61,050 nt of DNA from a virus (taxonomy: Duplodnaviria; Caudoviricetes): IMG/VR virus record IMGVR_UViG_3300032075_000002, positions 1 through 61,050 of that record; one strand, written 5' to 3'. Shown here in pieces: positions 39,181 through 47,229 of the stretch (the first letter of the stretch is position 1; every line of letters starts with the position of its first letter). The notes under the pieces are model-generated. The model made no database searches, was not told the DNA's origin, and saw only the letters and a program-made list of their open reading frames with translations. Made by a program: the position numbers and the translations under genes.

Positions 39181-39507
39181 TCAGGCGCGGTACTCGCGAT
39201 CGATGGTGACCAGGTCGAAGCCGGGCGAGCCGACGTCAATGCCACCATCGAACAGCTTGTCCATGTACTGCGCCTCGTCCATCATCTTGGCGACCTTGGC
39301 GACGCGCTGCTTGTGCCAGAACTCCAGCCCGGCGAGCAGCACGACGACCCCGGCCACCACGGCGGGCGACACCCATCCGTTCGGGTTGTTGCCCATGCGG
39401 GCCATGCCCGCCGTTGTACCGAGGAAGAGCCCGGTGATCAGCCCGTGTGCCCACGACGTCGTCAGCAGGAGCGGCGTATAGGTACGGCTGATCTTGGGGA
39501 GCTTCAT
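39181..39507 (-). CDS. Membrane protein
   Basis: Two hydrophobic segments; RBS GAGG. Confidence 0.6.
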   Translation of the reverse strand: MKLPKISRTYTPLLLTTSWAHGLITGLFLGTTAGMARMGNNPNGWVSPAVVAGVVVLLAGLEFWHKQRVAKVAKMMDEAQYMDKLFDGGIDVGSPGFDLVTIDREYRA

Positions 39508-39676
39508 GTCTACCTCTTTCCGGGGCAGTCTTTGGTCTGCCCTTGTTTGGTGACCTCGGGTATGCAGTAGGACCCGTTACGTACCTGCTTAACGAATCCG
39601 TACATCACAATCGCCACGATGACTCCCATGAGTAGGAGGATGATGGCGATTGAGCTTTTGGGTGGGGTGTTGTCCT

Positions 39677-40003
39677 TCACGGCATCTCCGTGACCGAGTA
39701 CACACGTCCGCCGATCCGGACCGCCAGGTCTCGCGGGTGCTGTGCCCGCTTGGCGCTGTCGAAGATGAGCGCGGCACCCTGGTACATCAGGGACTCGTTG
39801 CTGCGGACGATGCCCTCGTAGGTGGAGAACTCCCGCAGCTTCTCCGCGACTACGTCGCACGCGTTCTCGTACGTGGCGTGGCGGGCCCACGTGTGGCCCA
39901 TCGCCATCCCGTACGCCTCGTCGGTCCGCTCGTGCTGTGCCTCCACGCCCTTGAGCACCTCGTAGTCGGGGCGGTCCTGCGCGATGTAGGCGACCTTCTG
40001 CAT
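39677..40003 (-). CDS. Hypothetical protein
   Basis: RBS AAGGAG; MQKVAYIAQD... Confidence 0.6.
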   Translation of the reverse strand: MQKVAYIAQDRPDYEVLKGVEAQHERTDEAYGMAMGHTWARHATYENACDVVAEKLREFSTYEGIVRSNESLMYQGAALIFDSAKRAQHPRDLAVRIGGRVYSVTEMP

Positions 40004-40046
40004 GTTGACTCTCCTTGATGGATGTTGTCCGGCATCGTTGCCAGCA

Positions 40047-40095
40047 TGGTCCCTCCGCCCGTCTCGAACGGGCTGTGTGCCTGGCACAGGGAGGG
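40047..40095 (-). ncRNA. Minimal tRNA-like element ending in encoded ACCA
   Basis: CCCTCC/GGAGGG-ACCA; GCCCG-TTCGAGA-CGGGC; insert hairpin TGTGC-CAG-GCACA. Confidence 0.8.
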
Positions 40096-40196
40096 TGGGG
40101 ACTAGTCCCCGAGCAGCCACTGAAGCGTGATGAAGTAGACGAACCCGTCTACCAGTGCTTCGAAGAACGTGCGCCGGTATCCCCGTCGCCGTCGGC

Positions 40197-40454
40197 TCAT
40201 CTGCCTCGCCTCTTCCGGTCGATGCTGTGCTTCCTTGCACCCGACTCGAAGCCTCGTATGTAGGCCGACTCCGTCTCGGGAGTACCGTTCCCCTTGACCC
40301 TGCCTGTCTCATCAGGGTGGGGCTTGGCGTATCTCCAGGGGACGACGATGTCCGTCACGTCCCCGCCATGGGTGGAGCGCTCGTACCCGGCGGCGAAGCC
40401 CTTACCGTGGGCCTCCTGGACCTTGGCGCGTCCCCCGCTGGTGAACCTACCCAT
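40197..40454 (-). CDS. Hypothetical protein
   Basis: RBS AAGGAG; GF..GY and AYIRGFESG repeats. Confidence 0.5.
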   Translation of the reverse strand: MGRFTSGGRAKVQEAHGKGFAAGYERSTHGGDVTDIVVPWRYAKPHPDETGRVKGNGTPETESAYIRGFESGARKHSIDRKRRGR

Positions 40455-40725
40455 CGGGGTGCTCCTTGCGGTACTGCCGGACACCGGCCTGCCATCCCTG
40501 CTTGTAGGCATGGGCACTCGCGTACGTACCCCCGCCCGTGGGCCTGCCGTTGGCGTAGAGCTTGTTCCTGTACTTCCACGGCATGGTCTTGGCCATGACT
40601 CCAGGGGTACCCGGCGCCTGCTTGGGTGCCTTGCCGTACGCGGCCTCGTAGTTGGCGTGGTCCCATCCGTGGGACCGCCCAACCCGCTTGGCTTCCTCGC
40701 ACAGCGCTTGCTCTTCCTCGGTCAT
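40447..40725 (-). CDS. Hypothetical protein
   Basis: RBS GGAGA; AYKQGWQAG, similar in style to its neighbour. Confidence 0.5.
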   Translation of the reverse strand: MTEEEQALCEEAKRVGRSHGWDHANYEAAYGKAPKQAPGTPGVMAKTMPWKYRNKLYANGRPTGGGTYASAHAYKQGWQAGVRQYRKEHPDG

Positions 40726-41111
40726 ACGATCTCTCCGATCATCCAGAGCACCGCGAGTGCACCGGCCAGCATGATTGCCAGCGCGATGAACGTGCACCCG
40801 TAGCAGAACCACCGGACACCACGTTCCGGGTCGTACTTGCTCACAGCATTCCCACCATGACGTAGCAGGCGAACATTAGGGCACCCACCACGGCGACACC
40901 TACCAGCAGGCAGATACCCAGGAAGGTGTACCAGAGCGTGGCCATGATCCAGATCGGCAGCCAGCGGGTATCCCCGTTCAGGATGCTCTTGCCCATTAGC
41001 TCATCCTCCATGCGGTGACCACGGCGACGAGCACGACGTACCCGACTACCCCGTACAGGATCGCGGCCAGCAGGTACAGCGGCCAGTACGTACGGAACTC
41101 GAACCGGCTCA

Positions 41112-41372
41112 TCAGTAGACCTCCACTTCCGTACCGTCGCCCGCGTCCGCGTCGATGATCTCGACCTCGCACCCGTCGTCCCCGACCGCGACGCTGTCCA
41201 CGCTGTCCGCCACACGGTGGCAGTGGATGGCGATCAGGGTCACGTCGCTGTCCTCTCGGATCAGCGAGCGGACCAGGTTGACCACCTGCGCGGCAGTCAG
41301 GTTGGTCTCGCGGCTGATGTCCAGTCGGGCGAACGGCTCACCCTTGGCGGTGTCCACGTTGAAGACCATCAT
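41112..41372 (-). CDS. Hypothetical protein
   Basis: ATGA coupling; RBS AGGAG. Confidence 0.55.
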   Translation of the reverse strand: MMVFNVDTAKGEPFARLDISRETNLTAAQVVNLVRSLIREDSDVTLIAIHCHRVADSVDSVAVGDDGCEVEIIDADAGDGTEVEVY

Positions 41373-41797
41373 GCCGGGTTCTCCTGGTCTCGGTAGATGT
41401 CGCACGTCTCGATGTTCCCGTGTGCCCCGGCCACGTTGGTGATCCAGAAGACCACCGGCGCACCCGTCGGCGGGGTGTGATGGTAGGTGTAACCACCGTC
41501 GCGGATGAACTCGTGCAACACGTCGTGTTCCACGGCGCGAATCCCGCTGATGACCGTCTGCATGGACCAATATTCGGCGCACCATGCACAGCAGGCGGAT
41601 CCCATGTCCTGCGAGTCGGGGGTCTCGCCCTCGCCCTCGCAGTTCTCGGCCATCATTTCCTGCGACCGCTCGATCTCATCGGCCAGGTACTGACCGGCGA
41701 GTTCCAGGTTCTCGGCGCAGAACACATCGGTCTCGGGGAGGTATCCGGGCATGTTGCTTCCGACGTGGAAGTGTCCGGTTACGGCGGCGAAGTTCAC
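41369..41797 (-). CDS. Hypothetical protein
   Basis: HVGSNMPGYLPE motif; RBS GGAGG. Confidence 0.6.
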   Translation of the reverse strand: MNFAAVTGHFHVGSNMPGYLPETDVFCAENLELAGQYLADEIERSQEMMAENCEGEGETPDSQDMGSACCAWCAEYWSMQTVISGIRAVEHDVLHEFIRDGGYTYHHTPPTGAPVVFWITNVAGAHGNIETCDIYRDQENPA

Positions 41798-42057
41798 TGT
41801 GTTTCCCTCCATGCCAGCTCTCGGCTGTGCTCGTGGTAGGTGATGACGTTGATGGTTCCGATCATGAGTGCCACCACTCCGAGGTACCCGGCTATGATCA
41901 TGGTCACGACCATGTCCCAACCGTCCTGCACCCCGTAGCTGACACCCATCCCGACCGTGCTGCCGTAGACGAACGTTCGGCACCACATCAACGTGCTCTG
42001 TAGATCCGCCCGCATCGTTGCCAGCGTCTCCCGGTCAAGCTGTATGTCCTCGGTCAT
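41794..42057 (-). CDS. Membrane protein
   Basis: Hydrophobic helices; RBS GAGGGG. Confidence 0.55.
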   Translation of the reverse strand: MTEDIQLDRETLATMRADLQSTLMWCRTFVYGSTVGMGVSYGVQDGWDMVVTMIIAGYLGVVALMIGTINVITYHEHSRELAWRETQ

Positions 42058-42097
42058 GTCCCCTCACTCTGTGCCTTGGACCGTCGTCGGTCCTGAG

Positions 42098-42178
42098 TGC
42101 TCCGGCAGGGTCTCGAACCCTGCTGCCAGCCGCACCCCGCCGGACGGCACAGGGCCGCCCGTACGGGTCTGTCGGAGC
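42098..42178 (-). ncRNA. tRNA-like element (acceptor + T-arm with branched insert)
   Basis: GCTCCG/CGGAGC-ACTC; GCAGGG-TTCGAGA-CCCTGC; ~50 nt GC-rich insert including CCCG-TA-CGGG. Confidence 0.75.
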
Positions 42179-42361
42179 CGTGGTGCTACCGGCGCTTACG
42201 CCGGGCGGACAAGGCCAGCACGAGCCCGAGAGCGGCCGTCACAGCGGCCGTTCCCTCGGCTCCCGAGTTGGTGCCCGGGGTGGTGACTGCCTGATACATG
42301 ACCATGCATCCGGCAGCCATCATGACTAACCCTGCCCAGAGTACGACGATGCGGATCATCG

Positions 42362-42568
42362 CTATCCCTTCAGTCGCTTGGCGAAGTTCAGCAGTGCGGT
42401 ACCCGCCTGTACCGCACCATCCAGGGTCTTGGCCTCACCCCCGTCATCAAAGTGCCACTTGACCGGGCCGGTCTCCACGTGCTTGATCAGGTCCCGGTCG
42501 GTGACGTCTGCGTACTCAGCCTCCAGACGTTCGAGCTGCTGGCGCTGGCTTTCGTTGTGGACGCTCAT
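42362..42568 (-). CDS. Hypothetical protein
   Basis: RBS AAGGAGG. Confidence 0.55.
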   Translation of the reverse strand: MSVHNESQRQQLERLEAEYADVTDRDLIKHVETGPVKWHFDDGGEAKTLDGAVQAGTALLNFAKRLKG

Positions 42569-42577
42569 GTGTCCTCC

Positions 42578-43402
42578 TTAGATGTCGAAGATGGTGAGCT
42601 GTTGTACCGGCTCAGGGATGTCGGAGAAGAGGTTGTGCTTACGGATCAAGAGGATGTCCTCCGCGCTCGCGTCGATCCAGGTACCGCACCCGTCGGCGGA
42701 GCAGTACCACTGCCACGTGTCGGTACGGTCGTGCTGGTAGTTGTCGAGGGTGTAGACACCTTCCGCGCGATACCCGTACTCCTCGTGCTCCTCCTCCACG
42801 TCGTTACCCTCGAAGGAGCGCCATCCGGGCGCATCCTGGCTTTCCAGGGATCCGGCGAGCCACGCACGGCATCCCTTGTGCTCCTCCTGATGGTTCAGGC
42901 GGTCGTGCTCGCCGTCGGCACAGGAGCAGCAATCCCCGTAGCACTTCCCGCCCCCGGGGTGGTTGGCGTTCCACTCGCGCTCGGAGAAGTCGTCATCGTC
43001 AAGGATCGGGTAGTTGGCGAGCGCGTTGACGATGTCCATTGCGGCCTTGATGGCAACCGCGTCATCCTTCCGCACCTGCACCGCTTCCGCCCATCCGACC
43101 AGGCATGAGCCCTCACGGTGGTAGATCACGGAGTCGTACTCCGAGAAGGTACCGAAGTGGTTGACCTTGTCCATCTCGCGGGTGATGACGTCCCAGTTCG
43201 ATTCCATCATCGCATCCGCGTCGCGGTGCGTACCGAGAGGGGTGGTGATGTAGGGGATGGAGTCGGAGTACCCGAATCCACCCGACCACGTGCGTCGGAA
43301 CGTGTCCTGCTGCTCGCCGTACTGCTCGCACTCCCGGATGAAGTCTCCGAGCGAGCTGTCCATGATCCGCTTGATGCGGCGAGCGCGGGTGCCCTTAGCC
43401 AT
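42578..43402 (-). CDS. Hypothetical protein (acidic, Cys-rich)
   Basis: RBS AGGAG; HRDADAMMESNW...YPILDDDDFSERE. Confidence 0.65.
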   Translation of the reverse strand: MAKGTRARRIKRIMDSSLGDFIRECEQYGEQQDTFRRTWSGGFGYSDSIPYITTPLGTHRDADAMMESNWDVITREMDKVNHFGTFSEYDSVIYHREGSCLVGWAEAVQVRKDDAVAIKAAMDIVNALANYPILDDDDFSEREWNANHPGGGKCYGDCCSCADGEHDRLNHQEEHKGCRAWLAGSLESQDAPGWRSFEGNDVEEEHEEYGYRAEGVYTLDNYQHDRTDTWQWYCSADGCGTWIDASAEDILLIRKHNLFSDIPEPVQQLTIFDI

Positions 43403-43456
43403 GATGACTCTCCTGTGATCTACGTGCACTCGACTGACTAGCGTGTTCGCTGGTCA

Positions 43457-43505
43457 TGGTGGGCACCCTGGGCTTGCACCAGGGTCGGGGCTCATCCCCT
43501 TGCCC
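43457..43505 (-). ncRNA. Minimal tRNA-like element ending in ACCA (variant T-loop)
   Basis: GGGCA/TGCCC-ACCA; CCTGG-TGCAAGC-CCAGG; insert GGGG-ATGAG-CCCC. Confidence 0.7.
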
Positions 43506-43510
43506 TTGCC

Positions 43511-43810
43511 TCACTTGGCGTTCAGCATCATCCGTACGTGCTGCATGGTCGCGGTACTGCGGGACATGGTCCGGATCGCACTCTCGGTCATGTCCCCCAG
43601 GATCACGATCCTGTTGGTCTTGCGGTACCCGCCCGGCGGCATGTGGAGCGGTCCCTCACCCTGATAGGTGATGTGGTGAGGGATCCGGTTGTTCCCTGTG
43701 CCGCTGGCCTTGACCAGGACCCATGACGAGGTATCGAACCCGAGGGCCGCCGCCTCCTCCTCGTATACCCGGTACGTGGCCTCAAGTCGCATGTCTCCGA
43801 TGGTTGCCAT
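43511..43810 (-). CDS. Hypothetical protein
   Basis: TGATG coupling; RBS AAGGAG. Confidence 0.55.
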   Translation of the reverse strand: MATIGDMRLEATYRVYEEEAAALGFDTSSWVLVKASGTGNNRIPHHITYQGEGPLHMPPGGYRKTNRIVILGDMTESAIRTMSRSTATMQHVRMMLNAK

Positions 43811-44181
43811 CAGTACTGAAGCTCCTTCACGGTGACCATGAAGTCGTTGGCGGGGCCGGAGTTGTACCCGCTGGTGTAGTGCACGTTGACCAATCCGCCG
43901 TTGGTCGCGGTCACCTTCACCTTGCGGCCGAAGTAGTGGAACAGGTTCCCGCGTCCCACGTGCTTGGGGTTGACGGTCTCGCCGAGTGCGCAGGCGGTCA
44001 TGAAGGTGTTCCAGTTGAATCGGGAGTTGTCCTCCCGGAACATCTGCGCCATGCCGGATGCCGTCGCACGAATGGTCTGCTCGGCGGTCAGCTTGCGGAC
44101 CGGGGTCATGTCCTGGATGTTGCGCATCTGCTCCGCGAACACGGCGGCGGCGGCAATGTAGTGCTTCTTGGACATGCTCAT
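43810..44181 (-). CDS. Hypothetical protein
   Basis: MSKKHY...MFREDNSRFNWNTFMTAC motif typical of phage early genes. Confidence 0.65.
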   Translation of the reverse strand: MSMSKKHYIAAAAVFAEQMRNIQDMTPVRKLTAEQTIRATASGMAQMFREDNSRFNWNTFMTACALGETVNPKHVGRGNLFHYFGRKVKVTATNGGLVNVHYTSGYNSGPANDFMVTVKELQY

Positions 44182-44230
44182 GGTGTTGCCTCTCTACGTG
44201 CTTGCTACTGCCCGGCATGGTTGCCGGTCA

Positions 44231-44275
44231 TGGTGCGCGCCCGGGACTCGAACCCGGTGTGTATGCCATCCGCGC
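44231..44275 (-). ncRNA. Minimal tRNA-like element ending in ACCA
   Basis: GCGCG/CGCGC-ACCA; CCGGG-TTCGAGT-CCCGG; ~13 nt linker. Confidence 0.78.
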
Positions 44276-44301
44276 GGGTGTTCAGCGGTGTTCAGCGGTG
44301 T

Positions 44302-44553
44302 TCAGATGTGCGTACTATGATGGATCTTGATGAGCGAGACCTCCCGGACGATGAACCCGCCGTTCGGGTCGTGCCATGCGTCCATCTTGCTCACGGTGTC
44401 CCGCATGTGGTCGTACTGCGTACCGGTGAGCCCGTTGTACGCGACCCTGTTGGTCATGTGGTGCGTGCGGATGTTGACGTCTCGTACCTCGATGTCGTAC
44501 GTCGTGAGGACGATACGGGCGACGTCGGTGGGCTTGCGGAGCGTGATGGACAT
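44302..44553 (-). CDS. Hypothetical protein
   Basis: RBS GGGAG. Confidence 0.55.
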   Translation of the reverse strand: MSITLRKPTDVARIVLTTYDIEVRDVNIRTHHMTNRVAYNGLTGTQYDHMRDTVSKMDAWHDPNGGFIVREVSLIKIHHSTHI

Positions 44554-44587
44554 GGACTCTCCCTCTACGTGCTTGGGTGGTGCGGAG

Positions 44588-44634
44588 TGGACCGGGCGGG
44601 ATTCGATCCCGCAGCGTCTCGCCTTGACCGGTCC
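44588..44634 (-). ncRNA. Minimal tRNA-like element
   Basis: GGACCGG/CCGGTCC-ACTC, perfect 7-bp acceptor; GCGGG-ATCGAAT-CCCGC; insert GCG-AGA-CGC. Confidence 0.8.
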
Positions 44635-44641
44635 TGATGTG

Positions 44642-45019
44642 CTACGGGCAGATGGCCTTGACCTCTACCAGCTTGGGACCGCCCTCTACCCCGTCCACAT
44701 CCTTGGGGTTGATTTCGTACCAGCAGTCGGTACCGGGCAGCGCGGCGACGTCGATGGGGACGACCGTTCCCGGGTCGTACAGGGTGACGCTGACCGACGA
44801 TCCCAGGGTCTCAGGGACGTTCGGGGCCTTGACCTTGGCCGGGGCCGACTTCTTGGCCATCGGTCCGGGCTTGGGCTCACTGGTGGACTTGCATCCCGAC
44901 GTGAAGACCAGGACAGCGGCGACCATGAGCAGCATGATCCCGATGCTCATCCGCAGCTTCCACGGGCGAGGCTTGCGGGTCTCAGCCTTGCCGTACAGCC
45001 ATTCCGGGCGAGTGGTCAT
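44642..45019 (-). CDS. Putative lipoprotein
   Basis: Basic N-terminus, hydrophobic stretch, lipobox-like FTSG-C. Confidence 0.55.
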   Translation of the reverse strand: MTTRPEWLYGKAETRKPRPWKLRMSIGIMLLMVAAVLVFTSGCKSTSEPKPGPMAKKSAPAKVKAPNVPETLGSSVSVTLYDPGTVVPIDVAALPGTDCWYEINPKDVDGVEGGPKLVEVKAICP

Positions 45020-45060
45020 GGTGACTCTCCTTGCGTTGATGTGCAGTGGGTAGGACCAGG

Positions 45061-45100
45061 GACCAGGGGAGGAGGTTGGGCCGACACTCCTCCCCTGGCC
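45061..45100. repeat. Long intergenic hairpin without U-tail
   Basis: CCAGGGGAGGAG...CTCCTCCCCTGG. Confidence 0.7.
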
Positions 45101-45110
45101 GTATGTGGGG

Positions 45111-46262
45111 TTACTTGCCCTCGGACTCGCGCAGAGCCTTGGCAGCGGCGGCGGTACGGGCCTTCTTCACCTTGTCCCAGTACCGGCGCTTGGCCGTCCG
45201 GGAGAGCTTGGCGAACTCCGCACCGTTCAGGTACCCGAACTTGCCACCGACGCGGTCGGTCACGATCTTCGCACCATCAGCAGTGGCGACGATCTTGCGG
45301 TCGGTCCGGGCACTCGCGTCCAGACGTTCCCGGCCAAGCGGCATGTCCATGGTGGTGCGGACCGGCTTGGTACCACCGTTGAGCTTGTCCTCCTTGCGCT
45401 CCCTCGGCACAGCACCGGTCATGTCGCGGCCGGAGGTGAGAGAGGTGTGGCCACGGTACGTACCAGCCTGCGCACCGCCGACCATGTCGTCTGCGCTGGG
45501 GTTCTGCCGGTCCTCCGTGTGCACCGCTCCCGAGACGTCACCGAACAGCTTGGGCTCCGTCAGCGGCTTGTGGACCTTAGGCTTGCTGATCTTGCGGGGG
45601 GCCGGGGTCTTGCTGTCCTTGGGCGTGTGCCGGGTGTGTCCGGGCAGGATGGTGGCGCCGTCGGCGGACTTCACCGCTTCCACCTTGACGACCTCCACCG
45701 ACGGACCGTCGGCCTGCGCCGGGGACTCCTCCCGGTGCTCCACGGTCAGCATGGTGGGCAGGGTGATGACCGGGGCCACGCGGGGGCATCCGCAGTCCAT
45801 GCAGTCCTGGTCGTGCTCGCACTCCTTCGCACCCTTGCAGGTGCAGTCGGGGGCGAAGATCATGGCGACCGCGTCGTCCACGGCCTTGGCGGACTCCTCC
45901 ACCTCACGCTGGGCAGCGGCCAGCTCTCCCAGCGCTTCGATCTTCTCGTACGAGTTGTCCCACTTCGCCTGCCGCGCGGCCTCACCCATGAGGTCGAAGA
46001 GCTTGGCGCAGTTCTTGCACATCGCGGAGTCGTCGTACTTCCGCTCGACAGGGGTGTCCTGTCCCTTCGAGTTGGTGGTGGTGAAGACACCGCCGCACGC
46101 CTTGACGTACGTGTTGTCTTCCGTGGTCCACGCCAGCGGGTCGTTGAAGAATCCGGGGTCGATCATGATCCCGTGCGCCATCCCGTTGTGGTAACCGGCG
46201 CGGTACATCTGGTCATCCTCGTTCAGTGCGAGGAACAGGTTCGAGCGGTCGATCTTGGACAT
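45111..46262 (-). CDS. Hypothetical protein, first gene of the early operon (Cys clusters, basic C-terminus)
   Basis: RBS AGGA; CKNC and CTC..CMDCGC. Confidence 0.7.
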   Translation of the reverse strand: MSKIDRSNLFLALNEDDQMYRAGYHNGMAHGIMIDPGFFNDPLAWTTEDNTYVKACGGVFTTTNSKGQDTPVERKYDDSAMCKNCAKLFDLMGEAARQAKWDNSYEKIEALGELAAAQREVEESAKAVDDAVAMIFAPDCTCKGAKECEHDQDCMDCGCPRVAPVITLPTMLTVEHREESPAQADGPSVEVVKVEAVKSADGATILPGHTRHTPKDSKTPAPRKISKPKVHKPLTEPKLFGDVSGAVHTEDRQNPSADDMVGGAQAGTYRGHTSLTSGRDMTGAVPRERKEDKLNGGTKPVRTTMDMPLGRERLDASARTDRKIVATADGAKIVTDRVGGKFGYLNGAEFAKLSRTAKRRYWDKVKKARTAAAAKALRESEGK

Positions 46263-46269
46263 GGTTGTC

Positions 46270-46900
46270 CTACCATTCTTGGTTGTGTGTACTGCGGAGT
46301 GTGGGGGAGGAGCCGGGGCTTAGGCATAGCGCAACAGAGCGTTACCACCGCGTTCCGGCATCCTCGTACTTAGCCTGCACTCCTGGCATCTCAGAGCGCA
46401 GCGCTAGCCCCATCGTTCCCCCCGGCCGATTTGATCGGTACTACCACGTTCGTAGCGGGGGAAGATTTCCCAGCATGATTGCCAGGGTGGAGCTTGCCCG
46501 CAGGACTGTCCCCTTGTCTGACCGAGTTGGATGGCGATCCGTCCGATGGCTTGCTAGTGCTCGCCCCGTATCGTCCGTTCGCAGCTATTAAGGCTAGTAC
46601 GGGGTCCGGCGCCGCTTACGGTGGCCGGGTTGGTCCGTACGTCCAGTGTGGGGAGTGGACATAGTTGTCCGTCGGGCGCCGCTAACGGTGGCCCTATCTC
46701 CCAGGGTGCTTCACTCGGCAGGTTCTTTGTCCTGCGGCACTCGGTACTTGCATCGGTTCCCATCCTAGCGGCTTCTCGGCGCACTCCAGGCATGATTGCC
46801 CGGCATGACTTACCCTACTCGCCTACCCTTACTGACCAGCTTGCTAGGCTGCGATCTTGGGCGATTCAGGAGACCGGAGCTTTCCCGGTGTGAATCTCAT
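46270..46900 (-). ncRNA. Candidate long structured leader/ncRNA
   Basis: No ORF with phage codon bias; many hairpins; internal repeats GGCCACCGT(A/T)AGCGGCGCC x2 and GGCAATCATGC x2. Confidence 0.5.
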
Positions 46901-46906
46901 TTCGTC

Positions 46907-46929
46907 CACTGTTGAGTTCTCAAGGAGCA
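46907..46929 (-). promoter_or_regulatory. rrn-leader boxA/antitermination-like element
   Basis: Minus strand TGCTCCTTGAGAACTCAACAGTG matches the conserved actinobacterial 16S leader (TTGAGAACTCAA) with boxA-like TGCTCCTTGA. Confidence 0.75.
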
Positions 46930-47110
46930 TCCGGCTTGCGTAAAGCTCTCTCGCAGGATCTCACCGGCATTCTTGCCAGCTTCCCCCACTTAGCCCCCGC
47001 CGACGTAGTCGTCAGCAGTCGCATCCGGGTCAAGCGCTTTGGTGCGTGTGCCCCGCCGTAGTCGGCAGGTCCTGCCCCGGTCACCGTGTGTCCGGGTCTT
47101 GCTGGGCTTA

Positions 47111-47139
47111 ACCTTACCGGCTTCGAGTGAGTCTGTCAA
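47111..47139 (-). promoter_or_regulatory. Housekeeping-sigma promoter P1
   Basis: TTGACA-17nt-TAAGGT. Confidence 0.85.
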
Positions 47140-47200
47140 CTCCCTGCGTTTCCGGCGGTTGGGGCGATCAAGCTGCCCCGCCCTGGTCTTGCTGGGCTAG

Positions 47201-47229
47201 AACCTAGCGGGTTTCGGTGAGTCTGTCAA
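47201..47229 (-). promoter_or_regulatory. Housekeeping-sigma promoter P2 (tandem duplicate, 90 bp upstream)
   Basis: TTGACA-17nt-TAGGTT; shares GAGTTGACAGACTCAC and downstream AGCCCAGCAAGACC with P1. Confidence 0.85.
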
